Positions 1-9,175 of a DNA stretch of 32,359 nt are shown here, piece after piece (the first letter of the stretch is position 1; each line of letters starts with the position of its first letter). The position numbers and the translations under genes are program-made. The DNA comes from Bacteroidota bacterium. Lineage in GTDB: Bacteria > Bacteroidota > Ignavibacteria > UBA10030 > UBA6906. The stretch lies in assembly GCA_041483995.1 (NCBI GenBank), contig JBGPGQ010000002.1, positions 1 to 32,359 of the forward strand. Reading direction: 5' to 3'. The notes under the pieces are model-generated. The model was given only the letters and a program-made list of their open reading frames with translations. It did no database searches and was not told the DNA's origin.

Positions 1-2
1 GA

Positions 3-131
3 CGTGAAGCTCTCGGTGCTGCCGGTTTGAATGATCCGTTTCGGGTGAATCCGCCAGGGGCGTACATCATCCGCCCGGATTATTATTCAGAGCCCCGCGA
101 AATTCAAATTGGTTTTGAGGTGAATTTATGA
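3..131 (+). CDS. 3' end of an upstream ORF (partial, function unknown). Frame 3 is open from the window edge and reads ...REALGAAGLNDPFRVNPPGAYIIRPDYYSEPREIQIGFEVNL*
   Basis: Frame 3 has no stop from nt 3 to the TGA at 129-131. That TGA overlaps the ATG at 128 (ATGA). The fragment is too short to assign a family. Confidence 0.3.
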   Translation, partial: REALGAAGLNDPFRVNPPGAYIIRPDYYSEPREIQIGFEVNL

Positions 132-3100
132 GCAGCATATCCACAATGTGCTCTTATTTCCGGAGACCGTTCATGAAGAATATCGTTCAGTCAACTGTCT
201 TGCTCTTGATGGTTTTTGTCATCGGGACATCGGGTGTCCGTGCGCAGCACGTCCCGAGCAGAGAGCGAGTTGATCCCACGCTTCGTCGCAAAACAGAAAT
301 AGACGGAAACAATGTTCGCACAAGTGTCTTCAACTTTGTCTTCTCCGGACGAACCGGAGTTGGACAAGGAGTACCATACGAATGGCCAAAGAACACGAAT
401 CGCTACTATGTGGCCCTTGTCGGATTATTTATCGGTGCGGAAGTTATTGACAACACAGGGCAGACCATCCGAATGGTTGACCTGCCTGCGTACCGATCCA
501 ACCCTTCAACGGGCGAAGATTGGAATCTGAATCCTGTTCCCGGATATTTCAATACAGCAAGACCGGGTGTCCCGGTTGGCGGAATAATTGCAAAGAGCGA
601 TGACTCTACAAGTTGGCCGGCGATATGGCCCGACAAACTTGCTGATCCTCGTGATCCGGGTTGGGCGGGGAAATGGAATGGATATTTCGGCAAGAATCAA
701 TTTAATGCAGATCAGGAGATGTACTACCGTGTTGGCGATGACAACTACAATAGGTTCAACTACACGCCAGACACTACTGATCTCACACGCAAAGGCCTTG
801 GGGCAATTGTTGATGTCCGTGTTCTTGAATGGTCTCAGATCTCGGTAGCCGATGCTGTGTTCTTCATCCAGGAAATAAAGAACGACGGGACCAAGGATCT
901 TCCCAAAACTGGCGTAACGCTATGGCTTGCCGATTTCGTTGGCGGCGATGGAGATTCGCAGGACGATCATCCTGAATTTGATCTCATTGATGACATTGCT
1001 TATTCAATGGATGCTGATGGACATAGTTCCAACCCCGCATTTGCAAACAGTTGCGTGGGTTGTGCTGCCACCATCTATTTGGAAACACCGGGAAATGCGG
1101 AGGACCGGATTGATAACGACGGTGATAGCCCTGAGTTTGAGCTTGGACCAAGGGTGACTCAACAAATGCTTGGGCCGGCGGGGTCATTCCCGGCTGAACG
1201 TAGCGGTAACCAGATCGACGAAAACCACAACGGCTTGATTGATGAAGACTCAACCTACATTCCTTTCGGTGTGCAACGTGGCGTCGGGTTTGCCGATGGC
1301 ATAGACAATAACGGGAATGGTGAACCCGGATGTTCCGTTGTCACTGCACAAATGGTTGCTCAGGCCCTCACTGATCCGTGGCAACGCTGGCCGCCAAATC
1401 CCGAGAGCGATCCGTTCTGGGCTCCGAACAATCCTTTCAAACAGGCGTCCATACACCTCATCCAGGTGGGTCCCGAAGATGTGGGGAAGGTATTCAAGGA
1501 TAACATTGACAATGATAACGATTCTCTTTCGTTTGGATTGCCAACTGTCACTCAAGCTATGATTGACACTGCAACCTCTGAGCTGTACCACCGTTACAAA
1601 GTGCCCGGGACAAATGTTGTTTTGTACGGCCTTGATTCCTCGGATCTTGGCAAGAGATATCTGAATGCCGATGGTTTGGCCAATGCTGGTGTAGACGAAG
1701 GCATCGATGAGATGATAGATGAATCCAGAAATGACGGTGTTGACAATGACGGTGATTGGAATCCTCTCACGGACGATGTTGGACTTGACGGCGCGCCGAA
1801 CACCCTCGACTTTGGAGAAGGAGATGGAAAGCCGACCTCGGGAGTAGGCACATCGTTTCCGGGTGAACCGAACATTGACAAAACCGATGTTTCGGAAGCT
1901 GACCAGATCGGTTTGACGAATGTTCAATACATTGCAGCAGGGGGCATTACCTTCAGTACAACCCCTGACAATTATTTCTGGCAGGTCTTTATGTTACCCG
2001 GGAGCTTTGTGGATCCGGGTGCGATTCCGGTTGGCGAGAGTGATTTATTTGTGTCCTCGGGAGTGTTCCCGTTGAAGGCCGGGCAGATCGAACGAATCTC
2101 GTATGCTGTTGTATTTGGCTTGCCAGGAGTTCCACCCAATTGCGCGCCGGCTTTGGCGAAAGATGATGCGAGACGGAAGAGGGTGCGCGCAGTTCAGGCC
2201 TATAATGAAGACTACCAATTTGCCCAGGCTCCAATCGAACCAACTGTGACCGCAGTCTCTGGTTCACGAGTGATCAATGGGGTGACGTATTCCAACAAGC
2301 CGCAAGTAACGCTCTACTGGAACGACAAGTCTGAGCGGTCAGAGGACAGGTTCCTTGCAGGGGTTGGGGGCCCGCGATTCGACTTTGAGGGCTACAGGAT
2401 CTATCGTGCTACTGATCCGGCGTTCGAAGATGCGCGGACAATCTCAGATGGATATGGAAACCCCGCACCGTTCCTGAAACCCATCGCCCAATTTGATCTG
2501 GACGATGATATTCAGGGTTTCGATTCTACCGATTTCAATGGTGTAAAGTTTTTCTCTGGAAGCAATACCGGGCTTGTTCACGCATGGACCGACACAACAG
2601 TGGTGTATGGACAGAAATACTACTATGCCGTTCGTGGATATGATCGTGGCTATCCACCACTTGCCATTTCTCCCGCGGAAAGCAATCTCAAGATCAGTAT
2701 CAACGATCTTACGGGAGAAGTCCAGTCCATCGGAAGCTCGGTAGCAATCATTACGCCCGAAGCACCGTCTGCCGGATATGTTGCCCCGAAAGTCAGTCCG
2801 ATAACCCTTGTTACAGGAACAACAACGGGAACCGTCGGCTACGAAATCATCGATGCGAACAAAATTCGTGACAATGTAAAGTACAGAGTTACGTTTGAGG
2901 ATACAGTTTTGCACGGCTCAGCGAATGCACCCGATACATTCAAAACAAAGAGTTTCACTCTGACCGATGTGACGAATGGAATAGCTGATACGCTCATAGG
3001 TGAGAAGAGAGAAATGGCTGACAGTATCGAACAGCCAGTCATAGACGGGTTCCGGCTAATCATCAGAAATGAAAAACTCTTTGGTCTCAATCCAGCTCTT

Positions 3101-3922
3101 TCGGGATGGAGCCGACCCGGGATATACCAATATGATTTCAAACAATGGAAAAACGGTTTCTATGCGGGCTTGCAGAAGCCGAACGACTACAAAATTGTTT
3201 TCGGTCAGGTGGGGATTGATACCTCCACGCAGTCTACAGTTGCACCGGAACCCGGCGGAACTCCACCTGCGATACCAGTGAACTTCAAAGTCATTAATAC
3301 AAGTGAAAACAAGCAGATCGATTTTGCATTCTTCGAACTGGATAACACGGGAGGGCCAGGCGTGTTCAGTGCAGGCCTGAACATTTTTGGTTTTACAAAG
3401 AGCGACTACATTGTGTTTCTTGAGCGCGACCTGAACGACTCACTCATCATTACCTGGAGCTTTGCACTCGGATATGACTCGACTCTAGCGGGCCCCCAAG
3501 CCGGCGACACAATGGTTGTTGTGTTGTCAAAGTTGTTCCGACAGGGAGATGTCTTCGAATTTACCACAACAGCGCAGAATGTTGATCGTGACCTGGCAAA
3601 GAATGGTCTTGATAAAATCAGGGTCGTTCCGAACCCCTATGTTGCGGCGGCTTCGTGGGAGGAAAGAAACCCATTCTCCAATGGGAGGGGACCGCGTGCA
3701 ATCCACTTTACACATCTGCCGCAGGTGTGTACGATCAGGATCTTCACGGTGAGTGGAGAACTAGTGAAGACTATTGATCATAACAGCGCCATGCTTGACG
3801 GTGAAGAAGATTGGAACCTCCTCACGAGGGATAACCTTTCAGTCTCATACGGCATATACATCTATCACCTGGATGCACCGGGTGTTGGTGAAAAAATCGG
3901 CAAGTTTGCAATCATAAAGTAA
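128..3922 (+). CDS. Very large secreted protein with Asp-rich calcium-binding (thrombospondin type-3-like) repeats, FN3-like segments and a T9SS-type C-terminal sorting domain. An alternative start at 173 (MKNIVQS...) is possible.
   Basis: 1264-aa uninterrupted ORF. N-terminal signal-like segment TVLLLMVFVIGTSGVRAQ. Repeated DNDGD/DNDND/DNNGNG motifs. FN3-like GYRIYRA...YYYAVRGYD. C-terminus VVPNPY...IRIFTVSGELVKTI...YGIYIYHL...GKFAIIK resembles T9SS CTDs. Confidence 0.8.
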   Translation: MSSISTMCSYFRRPFMKNIVQSTVLLLMVFVIGTSGVRAQHVPSRERVDPTLRRKTEIDGNNVRTSVFNFVFSGRTGVGQGVPYEWPKNTNRYYVALVGLFIGAEVIDNTGQTIRMVDLPAYRSNPSTGEDWNLNPVPGYFNTARPGVPVGGIIAKSDDSTSWPAIWPDKLADPRDPGWAGKWNGYFGKNQFNADQEMYYRVGDDNYNRFNYTPDTTDLTRKGLGAIVDVRVLEWSQISVADAVFFIQEIKNDGTKDLPKTGVTLWLADFVGGDGDSQDDHPEFDLIDDIAYSMDADGHSSNPAFANSCVGCAATIYLETPGNAEDRIDNDGDSPEFELGPRVTQQMLGPAGSFPAERSGNQIDENHNGLIDEDSTYIPFGVQRGVGFADGIDNNGNGEPGCSVVTAQMVAQALTDPWQRWPPNPESDPFWAPNNPFKQASIHLIQVGPEDVGKVFKDNIDNDNDSLSFGLPTVTQAMIDTATSELYHRYKVPGTNVVLYGLDSSDLGKRYLNADGLANAGVDEGIDEMIDESRNDGVDNDGDWNPLTDDVGLDGAPNTLDFGEGDGKPTSGVGTSFPGEPNIDKTDVSEADQIGLTNVQYIAAGGITFSTTPDNYFWQVFMLPGSFVDPGAIPVGESDLFVSSGVFPLKAGQIERISYAVVFGLPGVPPNCAPALAKDDARRKRVRAVQAYNEDYQFAQAPIEPTVTAVSGSRVINGVTYSNKPQVTLYWNDKSERSEDRFLAGVGGPRFDFEGYRIYRATDPAFEDARTISDGYGNPAPFLKPIAQFDLDDDIQGFDSTDFNGVKFFSGSNTGLVHAWTDTTVVYGQKYYYAVRGYDRGYPPLAISPAESNLKISINDLTGEVQSIGSSVAIITPEAPSAGYVAPKVSPITLVTGTTTGTVGYEIIDANKIRDNVKYRVTFEDTVLHGSANAPDTFKTKSFTLTDVTNGIADTLIGEKREMADSIEQPVIDGFRLIIRNEKLFGLNPALSGWSRPGIYQYDFKQWKNGFYAGLQKPNDYKIVFGQVGIDTSTQSTVAPEPGGTPPAIPVNFKVINTSENKQIDFAFFELDNTGGPGVFSAGLNIFGFTKSDYIVFLERDLNDSLIITWSFALGYDSTLAGPQAGDTMVVVLSKLFRQGDVFEFTTTAQNVDRDLAKNGLDKIRVVPNPYVAAASWEERNPFSNGRGPRAIHFTHLPQVCTIRIFTVSGELVKTIDHNSAMLDGEEDWNLLTRDNLSVSYGIYIYHLDAPGVGEKIGKFAIIK
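3623..3919 (+). other. T9SS C-terminal sorting domain (variant with an insertion) of the 1264-aa cargo
   Basis: VVPNPYVAAASWEE...IHFTHLPQVCTIRIFTVSGELVKTIDH...WNLLTRDNLSVSYGIYIYHLDAPGVGEKIGKFAIIK. The pattern matches the CTDs of the two other cargos in this window. Confidence 0.6.
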
Positions 3923-3933
3923 CTGGGGCCACT

Positions 3934-4995
3934 ATGAATCGAAATGACACAATCAACAAGATGCCCGCGGGCAGAATATCAACATGGCTTGTAACGATTT
4001 TTGCGCTGACGGCAGCGCTGTCGTTCCATGTGAGTGCACAGCAGGTGACGAAGGTTGGAACGACATCGGCAAAATTTTTGAGCATCCCCGTTGGTGCCCG
4101 TGCGCTTGGCATGGGTGGAGCGTTCGTTGCTTTGGCAAACGATGCCTCGGCAATGTATTGGAACCCTGCAGGCCTGACGCAGATTTACCAATCAGAGGCC
4201 CTCTTTACACATGCAAATTGGTTGGCCGATATCAACTTCAATTACGGAGGTATTGTGGTTCCGGTTGAAGGGCTTGGGATGGTCGGTGTGAGCTTTACAT
4301 CGCTCAGCATGGCCGAAATGGAGCGAACGACAGAGGAGCAGCCGGATGGAACAGGACAGTTTTTCTCCGCTGGGAGTTTTGCCATAGGTGTTTCCTATGC
4401 GAGAAGTCTTACCGAATGGTTTTCTATCGGCGGGAGCGTCAAGTATGTGAATGAAAGGATTTGGAATTCAAGCGCCAACGGGTTTGCGCTGGATTTGGGC
4501 ACGTTATTTACAACTCCTTTTCAAGGACTCAAGTTTGGTGCAGGTATTACCAACTTCGGACAGAAAATGCAAATCACAGGAGACGACCTGCTGGTGCAAA
4601 AGGACATTTCCACGAACGCGGGCAACAACGCCAATGTCAATGCAAACCTCACCACAGATGCGTTTGATCTTCCCTTGACTCTTCGGATAGGACTGGCGTA
4701 TCAGCCGATAGTTACAGACGATCAGCAACTGACGCTCGCTGTCGACGCGATTCATCCGAATGATAATTCGGAGAGCATCAGCGTGGGGGGTGAGTACTCT
4801 GTGTTCCAGAAGATTCTTTCTATCCGTGGCGGATACAAATCGCTTGGTGCGCGCGACAGCGAAGAGCAGTTCACCGTGGGGGGTGGCGTGAAGTACGCGT
4901 TGACAGATAACCTCACAGTGAAATTCGATTATGCGTTTGAACAGTTCGGACGCCTTGATAGTGTTCATAAATTTGCAATAGGGATCATGTTCTAG
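3934..4995 (+). CDS. PorV/PorQ-family (UPF0164/FadL-like) outer-membrane beta-barrel protein
   Basis: Signal peptide ending in HVSAQQ. Family-typical N-terminal motif GTTSAKFLSIPVGARALGMGGAFVALANDASAMYWNPAGL. Alternating beta-strand pattern and a terminal aromatic residue (AIGIMF). Starts 11 nt after the upstream cargo gene. Confidence 0.65.
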   Translation: MNRNDTINKMPAGRISTWLVTIFALTAALSFHVSAQQVTKVGTTSAKFLSIPVGARALGMGGAFVALANDASAMYWNPAGLTQIYQSEALFTHANWLADINFNYGGIVVPVEGLGMVGVSFTSLSMAEMERTTEEQPDGTGQFFSAGSFAIGVSYARSLTEWFSIGGSVKYVNERIWNSSANGFALDLGTLFTTPFQGLKFGAGITNFGQKMQITGDDLLVQKDISTNAGNNANVNANLTTDAFDLPLTLRIGLAYQPIVTDDQQLTLAVDAIHPNDNSESISVGGEYSVFQKILSIRGGYKSLGARDSEEQFTVGGGVKYALTDNLTVKFDYAFEQFGRLDSVHKFAIGIMF

Positions 4996-5121
4996 GCTGG
5001 CATATCATTATCATACAACCACAAAAGGAGGGATCCGGGAGGGTACATGTACAACGAGTTGTCGCAATCAACAAGAAGTAATTCACAATTATATTCCACA
5101 ATAATTACATAGGAGGTTGCC

Positions 5122-7008
5122 ATGAATAAATCTTGGCTGCTTTGTTGTATCGTGCTGGGAATGTTTCTACTGTCGGGGATAGACATTGAAACCGCCCTCG
5201 CACAGAACGTGAGCGTTACATTTCAGGTCAATATGAGTATAAAAATGCGCGAGGGGACGTTTCTTCCCGGGAGTGGGGATATTGTCCGACTTGCAGGAAG
5301 CATTAACGATTGGGGGAACTCCACCGACACGCTGAAAGACGGAAACAGCGACAGCATCTACACGAAAACAGTAAGTGTGGCCCCAAGTACGGACATTGCA
5401 TACAAGTTCCTGAAGACCCTGCGCGGTTCGGATTGGGAATCCATGGCAGACAACCGACACTACATCGTGCCCGTTGGAGGCGGCACAGTTTCTGTTGCCT
5501 GGTTCGATAACGATTCTGTCTTTACTCCGGCGGCGAACGTGAACGTTACCTTTCAGGTCAACATGAAGGTGAAAATGCTTGAGGGTACATTCCTTCCCGG
5601 GAGTGGGGATATTGTTCGACTTGCAGGAAGCATTAACGACTGGGGGAACTCTACCGACACATTGAAAGACGGGAATAGTGATAGCATCTACACCAAAACA
5701 GTGACCGTGCTCGAGAATACGGCCGTTCAGTACAAGTTTCTAAAAACCCCGCGCGGTGGTTTGGATTGGGAAACCATGGCAGATAACCGAGGGTACACCG
5801 TCCCTCTTGGTGGTGGCACCGTCCCAGTGGCTTATTTTGATAACGATAGTGTAGCTAATACACCAGTCAATGCGAACGTTCTCTGGCACGCTGATTACAC
5901 ACCATATCTCCAGCTCGGTTGGTTCAGTCCGGCTCTTCACGACTCAGCTCAGATTCGCGGAGGCATGAATGGATGGGGTGGAACTATCATGCAGTTTAAT
6001 CCGCTCAGTAATGGTACATATGAAGTGACGCTTCCATATTCGGGAACCTCGGGCGATCAAATTGGGCACAAGTACTTTATGCAAATGGATTCAGTATCGG
6101 CAGAGTCAAGGTTCCCCGGCTACGGTACGGACCAGGATGGTGTTCGATATGAGCACCCTGCACAGAGGGGTGATGGAAACCGGATTATTGATGTTCTCTC
6201 CAGTGGAAACCTTACGACGCCGTTCTACTGGTTCGGTGATATCAATCCGAAGGGGTTGCTCCTTAACAATACAGATTCAGTCACGGTGACAATGAAGGTG
6301 AACATGGGTCCTGCAACACGGGATCCGATTCCATTCAATCCTGCAACGGATACAGTGCGCCTTCAGTTTCTTGATCGTATGTGGAAGTTTGCTCAAGCGA
6401 AGCGCCAGGGTGGTACGGCAGCGTCATTTCCGGACCGCATCATGACACGGCAGGGTCCCACTGATTCTATCTATACGGTGACGTTCCTTGTACTTGGGAA
6501 GGCACACTATCATATACTGTATAACTACAGGTTCACAGGTTCCTTCGCATCAGAAGAGGGTGCTGGACTCGGTGCCCAGGGTGGAAGACGAAGTCGCTAC
6601 ATCCAGCCACTTGCTCCCAATAGCTTCCCACGTAACTACACTGCGCCAACAGATACTTGGAAGCATGATGCGCCACTGCCTGCGGAAGTTGCACCGTTCA
6701 GCCCGCTTGCTGCCGTGCAGGACAATCAAGAGCCTGGTATTCCTGTCGGTTACAAGCTGGGCCAGAACTATCCGAACCCATTCAACCCATCGACAAGAAT
6801 CAAGTACACGATTCCGGAACGTGCAAACGTGCGGCTCATTGTGTATAACCTCCTCGGTCAACAAGTCGCAACACTGGTGAACGAGGATCAGCCGGTTGGG
6901 AATTACGTCGCTCTCTTTGAGGCGAACAGCCTTTCAACAGGTGTGTATTTCTACAGGCTTGAGGCCGGGAAGTTCACTGAGACGAGGAAAATGTTGCTGG
7001 TCAAATAA
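5122..7008 (+). CDS. Secreted multi-module protein made of CBM20/CBM48-like beta-sandwich modules, with a T9SS type-A C-terminal sorting domain. It is a putative glucan-binding surface protein.
   Basis: AGGAGG RBS 7 nt upstream of the ATG. Signal peptide MNKSWLLCCIVLGMFLLSGIDIETALAQ. Modules of the form VTFQVNM...G.IVRLAGSINDWG...YKFLKT...WE...NR.Y. CTD reads NYPNPFNPSTRIKYTIP...GVYFYRLEAGKFTETRKMLLVK. Confidence 0.8.
   Translation: MNKSWLLCCIVLGMFLLSGIDIETALAQNVSVTFQVNMSIKMREGTFLPGSGDIVRLAGSINDWGNSTDTLKDGNSDSIYTKTVSVAPSTDIAYKFLKTLRGSDWESMADNRHYIVPVGGGTVSVAWFDNDSVFTPAANVNVTFQVNMKVKMLEGTFLPGSGDIVRLAGSINDWGNSTDTLKDGNSDSIYTKTVTVLENTAVQYKFLKTPRGGLDWETMADNRGYTVPLGGGTVPVAYFDNDSVANTPVNANVLWHADYTPYLQLGWFSPALHDSAQIRGGMNGWGGTIMQFNPLSNGTYEVTLPYSGTSGDQIGHKYFMQMDSVSAESRFPGYGTDQDGVRYEHPAQRGDGNRIIDVLSSGNLTTPFYWFGDINPKGLLLNNTDSVTVTMKVNMGPATRDPIPFNPATDTVRLQFLDRMWKFAQAKRQGGTAASFPDRIMTRQGPTDSIYTVTFLVLGKAHYHILYNYRFTGSFASEEGAGLGAQGGRRSRYIQPLAPNSFPRNYTAPTDTWKHDAPLPAEVAPFSPLAAVQDNQEPGIPVGYKLGQNYPNPFNPSTRIKYTIPERANVRLIVYNLLGQQVATLVNEDQPVGNYVALFEANSLSTGVYFYRLEAGKFTETRKMLLVK
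5206..5868 (+). repeat. Intragenic tandem direct duplication of about 330 bp per unit (units about 5206-5535 and 5536-5868), encoding two near-identical CBM-like modules
   Basis: A 41-aa block, EGTFLPGSGDIVRLAGSINDWGNSTDTLKDGNSDSIYTKTV, is identical in both units. Long identical DNA runs occur in both (cttcccgggagtggggatattgt; cgacttgcaggaagcattaacga). Confidence 0.9.
6760..7005 (+). other. T9SS type-A C-terminal sorting domain
   Basis: GQNYPNPFNPSTRIKYTIPERANVRLIVYNLLGQQVATLVNEDQPVGNYVALFEANSLSTGVYFYRLEAGKFTETRKMLLVK. Confidence 0.8.
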
Positions 7009-7069
7009 AGTGCTCCCTTTATTGCGACTCTGTGGCGATAAGGGGATTGACAGGTGACCATTCAATGCG

Positions 7070-7107
7070 AAGGCAAGGTACCGATAAGGTACCTTGCCTT
7101 TTGTTTG
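7070..7107 (+). terminator. Rho-independent terminator between convergent genes
   Basis: Perfect 13-bp stem (AAGGCAAGGTACC at 7070-7082, GGTACCTTGCCTT at 7088-7100) with a 5-nt loop GATAA, followed by TTGTTTG. It lies 62 nt after the stop at 7008. The T-tract is present on the + side only. Confidence 0.8.
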
Positions 7108-7123
7108 TCTTAAAGCCGGAGAG

Positions 7124-9175
7124 TTACTGCCCTAATTGCTGTAGGAGCTGCTTGGCGTCGTTATCATTTGGATTGATAGCGAGTGCGCGCTCGAGACTCC
7201 GCTTTGCTTCCGGTATTCTCCCAAGCTTGGCATAGGAAACTCCCAATAGATACCGACCTGAAGCAGCAGCAGAAGGTGGAAGTTTGTACAAACCGGAATT
7301 CTCCAACGCAAATGAGATCTCGATCTCCCTTGCGGCTTCGGCTGCCCGTTCTTCTTCTAACAAGATAATTGCAAGCTTGAAGTGGGCGTACGGATTGTCC
7401 TCGGCATCGATGCAACGAAGATATGCTGCTTTCGCTTCTTCGTTCCTGCCTTCGGTGCGATAGTAATCTGCAACTCTTAGAAGCGGCTGATATGAATAGT
7501 GAAGGACCTTTGCGATCGCAAGGCATTCCTTTCGTGCCATTTCGTAGTTCTTATTGCTTGCCTGATAGTCAGCAAGTGAGTAACGAGCATCGGACCAGAC
7601 TATCTTTCCCTGCAGATAGCGAAACACAATACTCTCGGTCGCATTCGTTGGAGTAAATTCAACTGGAGTCTGACCAGTGTTGAATGGCCAGCGCTTCGTC
7701 AGAAGTTCCACCTTGATTCTTCCGACCTCCCGGTCGAAGTTTGTTACTGTGGACATTTCCATATATTCCGCATCGCGCTTGTCAAGGTTCCAATTCCACT
7801 CTGTAGGTTGCACGAGCAAGTTGCATTGTGCAATTGCCTGACAAAATACTTTTGCCATCAAAAAATAACCGTTGATGTTAGGATGGAGATGCTCGAGGAT
7901 AAGCTCGGTCCCGATCATGTGCTGAGGTGAGTTCATTTCAAATGCCGAGTCAACGCGAGCAAGGGGAACTCCTTGCGACCTGCACAAGTCGATCAACTCA
8001 TATTGGAATTCTTCTGTTGCCCTGAACCGGAGGCCATCAAGGTCCTTTGCCCGGATGAGGGCAATCTTTGCATCGTCATAGCGCCCCGTTGTGTATAAGG
8101 CGAGTCCAAGTTTGTAGAACGCCGTAGCGTTGAGCGTATCGATCCGCGTTGCTATCGTGTAGGACTGGATGGCTTCTGTCAAATTGTTGTGTGCCGTCGA
8201 GCTATCGCCAGCAACAATCAACTCCTGCCATCTGTCGCGTTGTGCCTCTGAAGTTCCTTCAGCAAAGATTCCTTGAAAAGGCGCCTGACCGCGTATATTG
8301 CTGACCAGCGTGCTAAACATGATCGGGATGCTGTGAGATTGTGCTTCGTTGATGATCGCTGCAAGGTTTTCGCGGTAAATCTCTCTTGCTTCGTGATAAA
8401 CCTCCCCATTGTAGGGTATGTATTGCTTTCCAACCATCTCGCCCATCAAACTCGAGTTTTGTTTTGAAGCTTCCGGTGTGAGCTTCTTCTGGAGCGAGGC
8501 GTACGCGTCCCTTAGCATTAGGAAGGTCTTGAATTTGAGCAGTGAAATTGTCAGGCGTGTCAGCCACGGGCCTCCTTTGATAGCCACTGATGACGCTACG
8601 CCGTAGGCTCCGTAGAATTCGTTGTGGCCAACGTACACAATGAACAGATCAGGCTCGTAGCTCATCAACTCATCGATGAAATCCTTGACAACAAAACTCC
8701 CCACTGCAGAGAGACCGACATTGATAACCTCTATATTGTATCCCGGCAGAAGTGTCGTCAGCCGGTCATGAAGAAAGCTCGGCGCAGTCGCGCTATATTC
8801 ATATGGAAACCCCGCCATTGTTGATTCTCCAAGACAAAAAATCCGTTTTGTGGTTTTGGATTTCTTGATTTCGAAGAGATCATCCTCAATTGCCTCCGGT
8901 ACAGAAGAAACTGATTGGGCGAAGTATCTTTTTGCAACGGAACGGTTGAGAGCATAGTATTCCTTGTTACTCACCCGTTTCTTGACGACAAGATCAAGGT
9001 TGCCGCCGTACTGGAAATACCGAAGGAGAAGTTCAGTAGCGATTAGAATGAGGAAAGGAAGTAACACCATGATCAAGGTGAATAGTCTTCTTCGCGAGGC
9101 CGTTAGCTCATGAGTTTCTTTTGTACTCGTTACTGAGATGGCTGATGGCTTCTCGTTCCGATGCTTGCGTCTCAT
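7124..9175 (-). CDS. Membrane-anchored SGNH/GDSL-like hydrolase domain protein with C-terminal TPR repeats (paralog 1, function unknown)
   Basis: N-terminal basic tail plus one TM helix (LFTLIMVLLPFLILIATELLL). SGNH blocks: I IFCLGESTMAG, II NVGLSAVGS, III VYVGHNEFYG, V LEHLHPNINGY. TPR-like helical repeats at the C-terminus (YYRTEGRNEEAKAAYLRCI..., LGVSYAKLGRIPEAKRSLERALAINP). Confidence 0.7.
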   Translation of the reverse strand: MRRKHRNEKPSAISVTSTKETHELTASRRRLFTLIMVLLPFLILIATELLLRYFQYGGNLDLVVKKRVSNKEYYALNRSVAKRYFAQSVSSVPEAIEDDLFEIKKSKTTKRIFCLGESTMAGFPYEYSATAPSFLHDRLTTLLPGYNIEVINVGLSAVGSFVVKDFIDELMSYEPDLFIVYVGHNEFYGAYGVASSVAIKGGPWLTRLTISLLKFKTFLMLRDAYASLQKKLTPEASKQNSSLMGEMVGKQYIPYNGEVYHEAREIYRENLAAIINEAQSHSIPIMFSTLVSNIRGQAPFQGIFAEGTSEAQRDRWQELIVAGDSSTAHNNLTEAIQSYTIATRIDTLNATAFYKLGLALYTTGRYDDAKIALIRAKDLDGLRFRATEEFQYELIDLCRSQGVPLARVDSAFEMNSPQHMIGTELILEHLHPNINGYFLMAKVFCQAIAQCNLLVQPTEWNWNLDKRDAEYMEMSTVTNFDREVGRIKVELLTKRWPFNTGQTPVEFTPTNATESIVFRYLQGKIVWSDARYSLADYQASNKNYEMARKECLAIAKVLHYSYQPLLRVADYYRTEGRNEEAKAAYLRCIDAEDNPYAHFKLAIILLEEERAAEAAREIEISFALENSGLYKLPPSAAASGRYLLGVSYAKLGRIPEAKRSLERALAINPNDNDAKQLLQQLGQ

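Noticed and set aside
1250-1927. 225-aa antisense ORF inside the 1264-aa cargo gene. Similar long shadow ORFs occur at 14218-14886 (-), 15313-15888 (-), 18743-19405 (-), 26088-26678 (+) and 30619-31194 (+).
   Set aside because: Each lies wholly inside, or straddles, a much longer ORF on the opposite strand that has clear family motifs. Their translations are low-complexity and Arg/Ser/Cys-rich with no recognisable motifs. These are typical shadow ORFs.
7032-7235. 67-aa ORF spanning the terminator hairpin.
   Set aside because: It crosses a perfect 13-bp hairpin and runs antisense into the SGNH-TPR gene, so it is not credible as coding.
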